In this document: one piece after another, positions 51,656 to 62,665 of the stretch
Layout of the letters: each line of letters opens with the position of its first letter
Numbering within the stretch: the first letter of the stretch is position 1
Origin: Sphyrna mokarran
Taxonomy: Eukaryota
Reading direction: 5' to 3'
Assembly: GCA_024679065.1 (NCBI GenBank)
Contig: JAGIQG010000032.1
Span: 14,074,001-14,138,000, forward strand
Length of the DNA: 64,000 nucleotides
Notes under the pieces: model-generated
What the model saw: only the letters and a program-made list of their open reading frames with translations
Database searches by the model: none
What the model was told of the DNA's origin: nothing
Position numbers and translations under genes: made by a program

Positions 51656-53404
51656 CACTATGCAAGGATTCTGGTGATCAGCAAGCCTATATTGCAGGCA
51701 TAGGCTTGTGACATACGATATATCCCTGGATTGTTGTGATTAGCAACTTAGAAAGTTAATGCTGCAAAATAGAAGATGGATTCTGGAATGAATTCAAACC
51801 TACATCACAATGAACAGTATGGAAAGGTTTCCTAAACTTTTGTTAGTTTCAGTCTGTGTTTCTTTAGCCAGCCAAATATAAACATCACTGCTGAATTGCT
51901 TCATTGACAATACAACAGTCTTCTTCTAGTCGATTCTCTTTAATCCTTCTTACTGATATATGGCGCCTCTTGAATATAAAAACTCAATGAATTCCTCGAT
52001 GCCAGCTCATCCTGTTTAGCAAATAAGTTTACTTATTAGAAATTACTACTTAGAATCTATGTAGATTTGCCAATTTTGTTAGCCCTGTCACAGCTGCCAG
52101 CGAGAACGGAGAATTTGGCACTGCAGCAGGACCACAGAATCCCAGCCTACAGTTCGGACATCTGGCTGGGAATTGGCCATTAATGTTTAGGTTTAAGGAT
52201 CAGTGTTGGAATTATTTCCATTTCTATTGTCTCAGCGACTTGAATGGCAGTTCAATTTAATAATATCTAAAAGCAGAGGGAGAAGGCAGAGGATGGAAGG
52301 ACTCAAGGAGAGAGAAAGTTGGGAAGTGGAAAGAAAGTGAGTCATAGCACTGAAAGCTTGCAACTCTATGGTGTTAGTTATTAATATTTTGCACAGATTG
52401 CAATCTTATGAATACACTTCAAATGTACTTCATTGTATGTGAAGTGCTGTGGGAATCTTGAGGATATGAAAGGTAATATAGAATTGTCATCACCCTTTCA
52501 GTAGGTGTCCAAACTGTCAATTGTTCACCACAGCACCAGTGTCCTTAACTATTCTTTTATTCATCATACTGATTTGAAAACCACGTATTTCATTTTGTCA
52601 TATAAGCCTATAGAAAGTCTGACCCACCTAAAGTTCTTATCAGTCCTCAATGCCAATTTCTTGACATATTATGAAGACTCTAATTTTGCTGGAGTAGCAC
52701 ATTCTAAATCAGCATAGTGGTGGATCACTGCTGACGGGTCACATAACCTCAGCCATATTTAATGGAAACACGCATATAGCCTAAGGCTGATGTTTCCATA
52801 TCTTATATGACCAAGGAATATGATCGCGATGAAACCCGAGAGGCACAGGTAGCTCAGTGATGAGTCAATATGCTATGAATAAGAAACAAACAAGGTGTCT
52901 CTGGGGAGCCCACAGAAATTTCATTTACTCTTGAGGAATGAGGCACTGCACCCTTCCCGTAAATAAATCTATAATTTTACCCAATGGCTTTCTCCCAAAC
53001 AGTTAGCCTCATGGGAGCCTGTTATTCAATTGCTTACAGCAATGAGAACAACAGGTTATACTTTGAGTGTTAAGACTGTCCCCCATCCCACCCAACAATT
53101 TTCCTACTAGTACCTAACTGGTCTTCAGAATATATTGTGTCCAAAACTTCCCCCAGATCACTTCCATGAATATACAAATGTATGCTAATTAAACAGCCAG
53201 CTGCTCATTGTGAGCTGCTCCAGAAATACTTTTGATTAATTAGAATGCAAAAACTGATGCACTATTAGAACCCAGTCAGTCATTCATTGAGAATTTTGAG
53301 CTGACAATATTCGATCACTTTAACAGAGCAAAGACTTATCTAAGAAAATAATTTAGGTGCAGAAATATCAATACAGGAGGAGGATTACTAAAGGTTTCCA
53401 GCAT

Positions 53405-53662
53405 GGGTGGCACAGAGGTTAGCACTGCTGCCTCACAGTGCCAGGGACCCAAGTTTAATTCCTGGCTCCACAAATGTCTGTGTGGAGTTTACACATCCTC
53501 CCCTTGTCTGCATAGGGGTGCTCCGGTTTCCTCCTATAGTCCAAAGATCCGCAGGTTAATTTGATTGGCCCTGTTAAACTGCCCTGAGTGTCAGGAGGAT
53601 TAGTGGGGTAAATATGTAGGGTTATGGCCTCATTCTGCACTGTCAGGATCCTAGGGATTCTG
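53405..53662 (+). mobile_element. HE1-like V-SINE
   Basis: GGGTGGCACAGAGGTTAGCACTGCTGCCTCACAGTGCCAGGGACCC...GGTGCTCCGGTTTCCTCC...CTGCACTGT. Confidence 0.85.
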
Positions 53663-55318
53663 CATAGAACATAGAACACTACAGCACAAACAGGCCCTTC
53701 GGCCCACAAGTTGTGCCGAACACATCAAAACCTACCCAGCCATAGACCTATCTATAACCCCCAATCCCATTGGATCCCATATACTCATCCAGAAGTCTTT
53801 TAAAAGACCCCAGCGAGTTCGCCTCGACCACCACCGACGGCAGCCGATTCCATTCACTCACCACCCTCTGAGTGGAAAACTTTCCCCTAGCATCCCCTCT
53901 GTACTTGCTTCCCTGCACCTTAAATCTGTGCCCTCTCGTCACGACCATTTCAGCCCTGGGAAATACTCTCTGAGAGTCCACCCTATCTATTCCTCTCAAC
54001 ATCTTGTAAACCTCTATCAGGTCGCCTCTCAACCTTCGTCTCTCCAGGGAGAACAGTCCCAGCTCCCTCAACCTGTCTTCATAAGGCATGCCTCCCAATC
54101 CAGGCAACATCCTTGTAAATCTCCTCTGCACCCTTTCAATAGCTTCCACGTCCTTCCTATAGTGAGGCGACCAGAACTGCGCACAGTACTCCAAGTGTGG
54201 TCTGACAAGGGTCCTATAAAGCTGCAGCATTACCTCCTGACTCCTGAACTCAATCCCTCGATGAATGAAGGCCAGTACACCGTAAGCTTTCTTAACCACA
54301 TCCTCCACCTGGGAGGCCGATTTGAGAGTCTTATGGACCCGGACCCCAAGATCCCTCTGCTCTTCCACACAGCTAAGACTCCTACCTTTGATAGTGTACT
54401 CATTCATCCCGTTGGATCTGCCAAAATGGACCACAACACATTTATCCGCGTTGAAGTCCATCTGCCACTTCTCCGCCCAGTCTTGCATCCTGTCGATGTC
54501 ATGCTGCAACTTCTGACATCCCTCCAGACCATCCACAACACCACCGACCTTCGTGTCATCGGCGAACTTACTCACCCATCCCTCCACTTCCTCATCCAGG
54601 TCATTTATGAAAATGACAAACAGCAAGGGTCCTAGAACAGATCCCTGGGGCACTCCACTGGTGACCGACCTCCATGCAGAAAAAGAGCCATCCACAACCA
54701 CCCTCTGCCTTCTGCAGGCAAGCCAGTTCTGGATCCACAAGGCCAAAGCCCCTTGGATCCCATGGCCTCTCACCTTCTCAAGAAGTCTTGCATGTGGGAC
54801 CTTGTCAAATGCCTTGCTGAAGTCCATGTACACCACGTCCACTGCTCTTCCTTCGTCAATGTGTTCAGTCACATTTTCGAAGAACTCAATTAAGCTTGTA
54901 AGGCACGACCTGCCTTTTACAAAACCATGTTGACTATTTCTAATTAACCTAAACTTCTCCAAATGCTCGTAAATCTTGTCCCTCAGAAGCCTCTCCATCA
55001 GCTTACCAACCACTGAGGTCAGACTCACCGGTCGGTAATTTCCAGGACTATCCCTGTTCCCTTTCTTGAAAATAGGGACCACATCCGCAATCCTCCAATC
55101 CTCCGGAACCCCTCCCGTCTCCATCGACGACACAAAGATCATCGCCAGGGGCTCTGCAATGACATCCCTCACCTCCCACAATAACCTGGGGTACATCCCA
55201 TCTGGTCCCGGAAACTTGTCTATCTTGATAGCATTTAGAAGTTCTAACACATCCGCTTCCTTAATATCTACATACTCAATCTTTTCAGTCTGCCGCAAAC
55301 TTGTAGTGCATCCTCCCA
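53663..55318 (-). mobile_element. Young 5'-truncated CR1 (HER1-like) LINE
   Basis: Uninterrupted RT frame, short 3' UTR and (TTCTATG)n tail. Confidence 0.95.
53748..55298 (-). CDS. CR1 ORF2 remnant: intact RT and C-terminal domain (516 aa), no endonuclease domain
   Basis: Motifs [46 protein letters not shown] and RPHLEYC, with no stops or frameshifts. Truncated, so probably not expressed on its own. Confidence 0.85.
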   Translation of the reverse strand: MRQTEKIEYVDIKEADVLELLNAIKIDKFPGPDGMYPRLLWEVRDVIAEPLAMIFVSSMETGGVPEDWRIADVVPIFKKGNRDSPGNYRPVSLTSVVGKLMERLLRDKIYEHLEKFRLIRNSQHGFVKGRSCLTSLIEFFENVTEHIDEGRAVDVVYMDFSKAFDKVPHARLLEKVRGHGIQGALALWIQNWLACRRQRVVVDGSFSAWRSVTSGVPQGSVLGPLLFVIFINDLDEEVEGWVSKFADDTKVGGVVDGLEGCQKLQHDIDRMQDWAEKWQMDFNADKCVVVHFGRSNGMNEYTIKGRSLSCVEEQRDLGVRVHKTLKSASQVEDVVKKAYGVLAFIHRGIEFRSQEVMLQLYRTLVRPHLEYCAQFWSPHYRKDVEAIERVQRRFTRMLPGLGGMPYEDRLRELGLFSLERRRLRGDLIEVYKMLRGIDRVDSQRVFPRAEMVVTRGHRFKVQGSKYRGDARGKFSTQRVVSEWNRLPSVVVEANSLGSFKRLLDEYMGSNGIGGYR

Positions 55319-56369
55319 GATTCTACGTGATCTAAAGTTTCATTTTTTTTTCTAAAGGATCTTGCCATCATAACCAATTCCCAAATTATTGGCACACCTT
55401 CAACTTCCCAACTGGACAATTTACTTCCATTTGAAATCTGCAATGGTTGATGTGCTCAAATAAGCAAAGTCTTTCTTGTCCATCTTTTTTCCCCTGTCCA
55501 CCATCAAACTTTCACTCTTGCCCATATTTCCATGCTGCAGCCCATCTCTTCGCTCCCTAAAATCCAGTGGTGGCTGCAAATTTCAAAACATTGGGTGCAC
55601 AACTGGTTTGACCATCCTTCCACTGGGCCCGCTCGCCTCCACCAAAATCGCTCACTACTCCAAGACGGTGTTTGTCATGGTCTGAGTTTCAATGCTGGAA
55701 GATAGGATATTGTTCCACCTGAAGTCAGCGTTGAGCAGTCATTGATTAGGTATAAAAGGATGAAATACATAATGTCTAATAAATACACTGGGACAAATTT
55801 CACATCATACTTCACATCCCACAATATGTGTGATGCGAGAAATGTTGTTAACAAAAGATACATTAAGAAAAAAAGTAAGATTCTTCAGCAAGTACTTCTT
55901 CTTAACTAACGTATAGTCTACCCAGCTAGTTTTTGCGTCAGGCTCCTTAAGAAACTGAACAACTATTGAGAATATTGTGCTCTGGAAGTCTAAGTATAAA
56001 AAGTACAGGAGAGTTATAACACGTAATGCTCAATATCTTATTTGCTGTTCAGGTATCACTAAGTAACAAGGCTTACACTAATTCTGGCCCCCTCCTCAGC
56101 TTAATTGGAGCATGAAGAACAACTATCTGCGAAGATCAGCAATAGAAGAAAATGACCAGCATTTTTTTTTTTAAAGATTGTTCTGCATCTGTAACAACAT
56201 GCGACAGACTCTGTTAACCGTCTGCACAAACACTGGCAAATGCACATCTCCTGTGGCCAGTGAGTTAGTGGTTATGTTATTGAAAAAGAGGAAGCTGATA
56301 GAGCATACGGCAACATGGAAGGTCTACACAAATCCACTGGAAGAATTTAGGAAGATATTCTGGATTGAT

Positions 56370-56830
56370 CACATGGATTTTGAATTTGGCTTTTGGAGCA
56401 AGCAATGGATTTGAGTCATCCAGACTCGAAACACTGGCTCTATTCTCTCCCCATAGATGCTGTCAGACCTGCCGAAATTTTCCAGCATTTTCTGTTTTTG
56501 TTACAGATTCCAGCACACAGTATATTTTGTTTTCCTGGATTTGGGTTTGCCCGGTCCATTCTGAGCATTGCCTTTGTAACTTTAAGAACAGAGTAAAAAA
56601 TTATTTTTTAAAATATCAGCCTTTTGATTAAGATCAAGTGTCGGATCAAGTCTGAGATCAGATACAATGTGTTATCCTATCAGTTTGGATCATGTTTGTC
56701 TCTCATAGAACCATGAATTGGATTAATTTTTTTTTAAATTTTGTTTTTGGAGCAAGCAAGGAGATGGATTTTGAACCTACCTGGTTCTCACTGAACATTG
56801 GCTTTGTAACTTTAAGAATAGAGTAAAAAT
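56370..56830 (+). repeat. Tandem pair of U2 snRNA-derived units (pseudogene or SINE-like)
   Basis: 56616-56641 TCAGCCTTTTGATTAAGATCAAGTGT matches U2 5' TCGGCCTTTTGGCTAAGATCAAGTGT at 23/26. Downstream come TATCAGTTT and the Sm-site region TTTTTGGAGCA...GGAGATGGA. Both units end CATTG(C/G)CTTTGTAACTTTAAGAA(C/T)AGAGTAAAAA. Confidence 0.75.
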
Positions 56831-57374
56831 GTGTGTATACATACAGCTGAGCAAGCACTGCAAAAATAATACAATGCTGTTTTCACTGCACACTTACATG
56901 TTGATGTTTTCTGTGTATTCAGTTTGGGCACAGAGAGTAGAGGAATTGAGGGAGTTGTCATGAATGATCTCAGGAATAAACCCACTTTAGGGAGACAATC
57001 TTTAAACTCATTCATCCACAATATACAAATCCAGGAGTTGACAGCTAGAGATAGATAAATCTATTTATATCTCACAAGTGAATGATTCTCTATTGAAGGA
57101 TATCAATTAGGCATTCTGTAATGTGGTTAGAGCACAGGTTTTGATAGCCAAGAAACATTAAATTTAAACAGATCAAATCGACATGCATTTTTTTTTAAAT
57201 CAATTCTTTCTGCTGTGAGTACTGACTGCTACTAAAAGTGCTGCTTCAACAATCTAAATTCACAACTTTGACTTCAGTATTTTTTAAGATTTTGGTCATC
57301 TATTCTATGGTTTACAACTGGTTCTCTTTTGTTTTATATTGCTCTTGTGAAATGTCTTTGGTCATTTTATGTAA

Positions 57375-57435
57375 AGATTTATACTTGAAATTAGTGACTA
57401 CATGAATATAAGTTACTAATTTCAAGTATAAATCT
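57375..57435. repeat. Near-perfect 25-bp inverted repeat with an 11-nt loop
   Basis: AGATTTATACTTGAAATTAGTGACT / AGTTACTAATTTCAAGTATAAATCT (24/25). Confidence 0.9.
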
Positions 57436-57619
57436 GAAATACAGCTCAGCTTCCTAACTTGAAGGATATGACAGCTTGGCGAGCATGTAGACAGATATAG
57501 TAAAATCTTTACTGAGAATGAGAGATTAGTGTTGCACAGACAGGCTGGAGAAACTGGGAAAGCAAAGGTTTCCTTAGCTTTCAATGCATCGAGAAGTTTT
57601 GCTAAAGATATTTAGAAGC

Positions 57620-57940
57620 AGAAATATTGTAAAAAAGGATAAAATTTTTCAGTGACTAAAAGGTCAATAACGAGTGATTCCCAATTAGCTAAAGGGAAGG
57701 CAGATTGAGGAAAAGCTTTTTAACCTGTAAAGAGGGATTGAAAATGGGATGCACTTACTTATGGAATGGTGGAAACAGATTCAATACTGGCCTTCAAAAG
57801 GGGAATGGAGTAAATATTTGAAGGAGGGAAAAACTACAGGAATGTGGAGGAAAGAGATTGGGGAGACAGATTAATTGGATTACTGTTTGAAAATGTCAGT
57901 GCAGATTCAATGGGCCAAATGGCCTCCTTCTGCCCTGTCA
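57620..57940 (+). mobile_element. CR1 3' fragment, decayed
   Basis: TGGTGGAAACAGATTCAATACTGGCCTTCAAAAGGG...TGGGCCAAATGGCCTCCTTCTG. Confidence 0.65.
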
Positions 57941-58589
57941 ATAATACCAGAACACAGCTCCAAGATTCTCGATCTACATCCCACTGACATTTAGGATTTC
58001 AATTAATTGGATAAAATGTTACAGGATATTGCATTACTTCACAGATGATGTGTAACAACTGATTAAAAAACATGAATTAATTTGGTTGCCCTTTTCAGTG
58101 ATTTAAAACATTCCTGGGCAAACTTTTCTTCTGAGTAATCATATTTAAATACCCTTGTATTCCACAATCATATTTGCATTGGAAACTCAGTTTTAACAGG
58201 TAGCACCAGTATGGAACTTTTCAGAAATATGGAGTTTGTGGACATTCAGCCCATCCTGTCTTCACTGGTTCTGTACTAGAAGAATCTAAAATTAATGTCA
58301 TTGCTTACTCTGGCCATTAATCCTTCAACAATTGGCATTGAAGTATTATACCAATGCTAGTCTTTACTCAATCTAATATTTATTTCAAGCCAAACATTCA
58401 CCTTCTAACTCTACCACGTCTCAGTTTCAGTAAATGTGCTTTAAATCTGCTGAAGTGAAACATCAATTCATGCCTTCCACCTGGATATAATTAAGTACTC
58501 TACCTTCATTTACTTTCAATATTTAGCTACTTTCCTTCATCAGATGTAGCTATTTCTTGTGACAAAGCATTCATTTTCCAACAACTTTA

Positions 58590-58945
58590 TTCATTTTACA
58601 GAATGTGAATGATGCTGGCTGGGCCAGCATTTATTGCTCTAACTGCCCAACACTTCAGAAGACATTAGAGAATCAACCTGCAGATTTTGCAGGTTGCTGC
58701 AGATCTGGAGTCACATGTTGGCCAGGCCAAATAAGGACAGCAGATTTTCTTCCTTAACGGAAATTAGTGAATCAGATGGATTTTTATGACAATCACAAAT
58801 GGTTTCATGGTCATCAGCAGACTTTTAATTCCAGATTTTCATCGAATTCAAATTTCATCTTTTCCCTTGGTAGGATATGAACTTGGTCCCCAGATTTTGT
58901 GCTGAGCTCCAGCTTACTAGTCCAGTAGCAATACTACTATACCAT
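58590..58945 (-). mobile_element. tRNA-derived SINE (family of 42975-43235)
   Basis: GGCCAGCATTTATTGC tail, body CAGATTTTCTTCCTTAA, head TTACTAGTCCAGTAGCAATACTACTATACCA. Confidence 0.7.
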
Positions 58946-58954
58946 TTCCACTCC

Positions 58955-59235
58955 TACAGAATCCCTACAGTGCAGGAGGTGGCCATTTGGCCCATTGAGT
59001 CTGCACCAACTACAATCCCATCCAGGCTCTATTTCTGTAATCCCACATTTATCTTGCCAATCCCCTAAAAGGTCAATTTAGTGTAGCCAATCAACTTCAC
59101 CTGTACATCTTTGGGCTGTGGGAGGTAACCCACACAGACATGCAGAGAATGCACAAATTCCATACAGACAGTGACTCGAGACTGGAATTTCTGGCACTCT
59201 GAGTCAGCAGTGCTAACCATTTTGCTACTGCACCA
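58955..59235 (-). mobile_element. HE1-like V-SINE with internal deletions
   Basis: AGAATCCCTACAGTGCAGGAGGTGGCCATTTGGCCCATTGAGTC...CAGCAGTGCTAACCA. Confidence 0.8.
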
Positions 59236-62200
59236 CCCCTCTCCCCTCCATAAAAGGAAGAAATTTCTCCTAATTCTACTCCTTGGGATTTTAAAGGTAG
59301 TCTGAAGTGGATGGCTTTGCCATAGACTCTCCAACCAGAAGAAACAAGTTTGTCTCCAGTCAACCTCACAAAAACTTCCAAAATCTGAAATGCTTCTAGA
59401 AATCAGCTTTGAGCCCTCTTTACTATAACAAAAGTATTCTTTCATCTGCCCTGCAAAATGTTAAAACTACTGGGAAGAAGATATAGAATCAGGACTAGAG
59501 AAGCAATGGGCATCAGGTCTTCTGTAATTTAAATTTATGAATATCCTCTTCAAAGATCAGCTTGTTCTTTGACAACAGCAATGCGCTGATGTGCCTGATC
59601 TGCTTTAAGTTCAGTCCATTTGCTCATCAGAAGTGAAGTGGAATTGTGAGAGCATGCACGTGAATGGATTTATTTGCATTTGTGTTCCAGATTTAATTCC
59701 TTTAAATTTATTCTCACACAATTACAACTGATCAATAAGCGACCCATCAATTTCAAATGCCCCAAGCATTCTGTTTTAATCAGACAGCAATTAACAAGTA
59801 TATTACGCTAATCGTTCATGAGTACAGTCTTCCCATGCGCTGGGGAGATCAAACAGTGGGAGTGACTGCTTCGCTAAATCTATCCACAAGTATGATTCTT
59901 GGTATCCTGCAGCTCATTGCTTTAGATCCTCTTTCTACTCTGACTCTTTGACCTTTTACCTCTTAAGTGTTCCAAACCAAGCTCGATGAAAACTGCAGGA
60001 TCAGTGATTCCTCTTTTTATGATTGCATTCCAAAGCCTCCAATTTGTGCTTTCACTTTTACTGTTTCTTGATCGTCTGTCCAAGTCACCTTCCAGTTTTG
60101 AGTATTCAAAGAGAAATCAAATCCTACCACTGCCTTCCTTAGCTATTTTCAGTGATAAGCAAACCACGAGTGTTTGCTGTCCTAATAGATTTTTAAAAAG
60201 GCAGGGTACGGTCTGTTTGTGTCATAAAAATTGTTAAATACAATTTCTTATCTCAGCTAGAACAACTCAAGCCCTCACCATCAGCCATGGAGAATCACCT
60301 GCATTCTGTTAGATGAGAAAGAAAACTGTGCAGTGTGCATTCTAAGGAATACTTTGCAAAACTGTCCCCAGATTTACACCTTTCCAACAAAAGGTTAATC
60401 CCCAGACAGAATTATAATTCTAGTTAGCTGGCCTGCACTCCTCCACACTAGAGGCAAAATCACCTGGTATCTAGGTGGTTATGCTCAACCAGTTTTGACC
60501 CAAAGCTACATTGGTCATATTAAATTTGGCAGACAAATGTTTCAAGATAAGATCTGAGTAAGAGAAATGCTTAAAAAGACTTCTATATTATCCACCAACA
60601 TAGTCATCTGTCTCAACCTCTTAAGGCATTTTAATATAGCCTTCAATCTGAGGCTGGACAACGCATAAATTTACCTTTAATTGAGATATCCTTCTCCCAG
60701 GCACTTCTATTTAAACATTCAGAGACGCACGCTCTTGAAATAATGTACCTTATATTTATATAATGCCTTTAATGTCAAAAAAACATTTGTCTACATAGCA
60801 GAGAAATTGAGTAGTCCCCTTTGTTTTAGTAAACATGAACAAACTCTACCCATTAGTATTTCAGATTTCCAGCATCCACAGAATTTTGCTTTCGTCTTAG
60901 AGCCATAAAGGTTACAGCATGGAAACAGGCCCTTCAGTCCACCTTGTCAATGCTGCCCTTTTTGTTTGAAACCACGAAGTTAGCCCCAATTGCCCGCATT
61001 GGGCTCATATCTTACCCATGTAATTGGTCTTCTGCTAGTGGGTTTATTAAATTCCACTCGGGAAATTCCAAGAAGTTGCAGAGTATATTCTGAACCTATG
61101 TTGACACCACAGGAATTTTATTCCATTTGGCACTGACCCAAGCACTATTTTTTAACCAGGGACGTCTTCATCAATACTCTGGAATCAACCAACGCTCGGA
61201 CTCTGACACTATACTGCAAGTAAAAAAGCAAATTGCTGCAAGTACTGGAAATCTGAGTTAAAGAGAGAAAATGCTAGCACCAAAGGAAAGATCTGTGAAA
61301 GGCAGAAGCTATTAACTAACTAAAGATATAATAACATAAAAGATGATAGTCATGGGAGAAGAAACACAAAAAAAAATCATGACTAACAAATGGTGTGAAA
61401 AATGTTCGAATTTATTGATATATGTGCATGTGGAATACATGTTATAGTAATCTGTAAATCAGAAAAAAAAGGAACAAAATGATTGTAAAAGAGAATTTTT
61501 ACTTCAGGTTATACTTTGCTTTTGTTGTAAACTTGTAGTTGGTGAGATAAATATGACCTTTAAACAGATGTGTATCTTGGTCTTCAGATTACTATTACTA
61601 GCTCTTAAATCACACTTCTGAAATGGCATCACTGTGATAATTGGATATTCACAGCACATGTTCACATATGGGATATATTTCCAGGAATTATGTGCATGAT
61701 CCAGATGAAAATTGGATTCATGTAGCGCCTATGTATTTTCACTGTGTAAAAGAAAATTTAAATTGATTCATGTCAGAAATGTCATTATTAATTTTTTTTT
61801 TAAAAAATAAATGGATCATGCAAGGAGACATAGGCTGTGGGAGCAGAAGGAGGTCTGAAATTAACTTCGCCAGTCCACCAATGGAAGCCAATGAGATAAC
61901 AACATATCCATTAATGCAAGGCTGTTACCCACAAGCTAAATAACAAAGTATTTCCTTAAATTCCATATTGCAGAGAATTTAAAAAATGGAGTTGATTTCT
62001 ATTCAGACCATGTTCTCAACATTTGTGACCACACACTGCCATTTCTGCAGATGGCCAGTACGGGATCAAAATTTCACCCACTGTATCCATTAACAAAGAA
62101 CTAAATAAAATGCCTCAACTAATTATGCCCAATTCCTTTGGCATCAATATGCAATCTTTATGAAGACTTATGTAATTAGGTAGAGTCCATCAACTTAGTA

Positions 62201-62294
62201 AAGTGGTTCAAATAACAGATGTTATTCCATCTCTTAAATAGCTGCATGAATGGCTTAGAAAAAGCAGCTTTGTGCATTAAGGCAACATCACTTA

Positions 62295-62665
62295 GAATAA
62301 AATCTCATCATTTTCACATTGCTCTTTATGGAATCTTGCTGTATATACTATTTGACTGCTGCATTTAGAATCCATACAGTGCAGGAGGAGGCCATTCAGC
62401 CCATCGAGTCTGCACTAACCACAATCCCATCCAACCTATTTCAATCATCCTATCTAGACCTCCCTGACATTAATGGGTGCTTTAGCACAACCAATCCACC
62501 TAACCTGCAGTTCTTTGGACACTAACGGGCAATTTAACATGACCAATCCATCTATTTCCTATAGTACAACAGTGACCACACTTCAAAAATACATAATTGG
62601 CCACAAACCACAGATATCCTGGGGGTTGTGAAAGGTGTTGTACAAAGATCAGGTTCTCTTTCTTT
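62295..62665 (+). mobile_element. Deu-domain SINE 3' part, interrupted by an HE1-like SINE fragment (62367-62550, minus strand)
   Basis: CACATTGCTCTTTATGGAATCTTGCTGT...GCTGCATTT | insertion | TTTCCTATAGTACAACAGTGACCACACTTCAAAAATACATAATTGGC...GTGAAAGG. Confidence 0.7.

Noticed and set aside
53928-54933. Plus-strand ORFs of 235 and 126 aa
   Set aside because: Antisense shadows of the CR1 RT frame; the same applies to 19275-19977.
8028-55318. Apparent excess of long CR1 copies in sense orientation to the host gene
   Set aside because: Too few elements in one window to distinguish from chance; several plus-strand copies also exist.
56616-56830. Functional U2 snRNA gene
   Set aside because: Branch-point recognition sequence disrupted, first nucleotides missing, many indels, and no recognisable PSE or 3' box.
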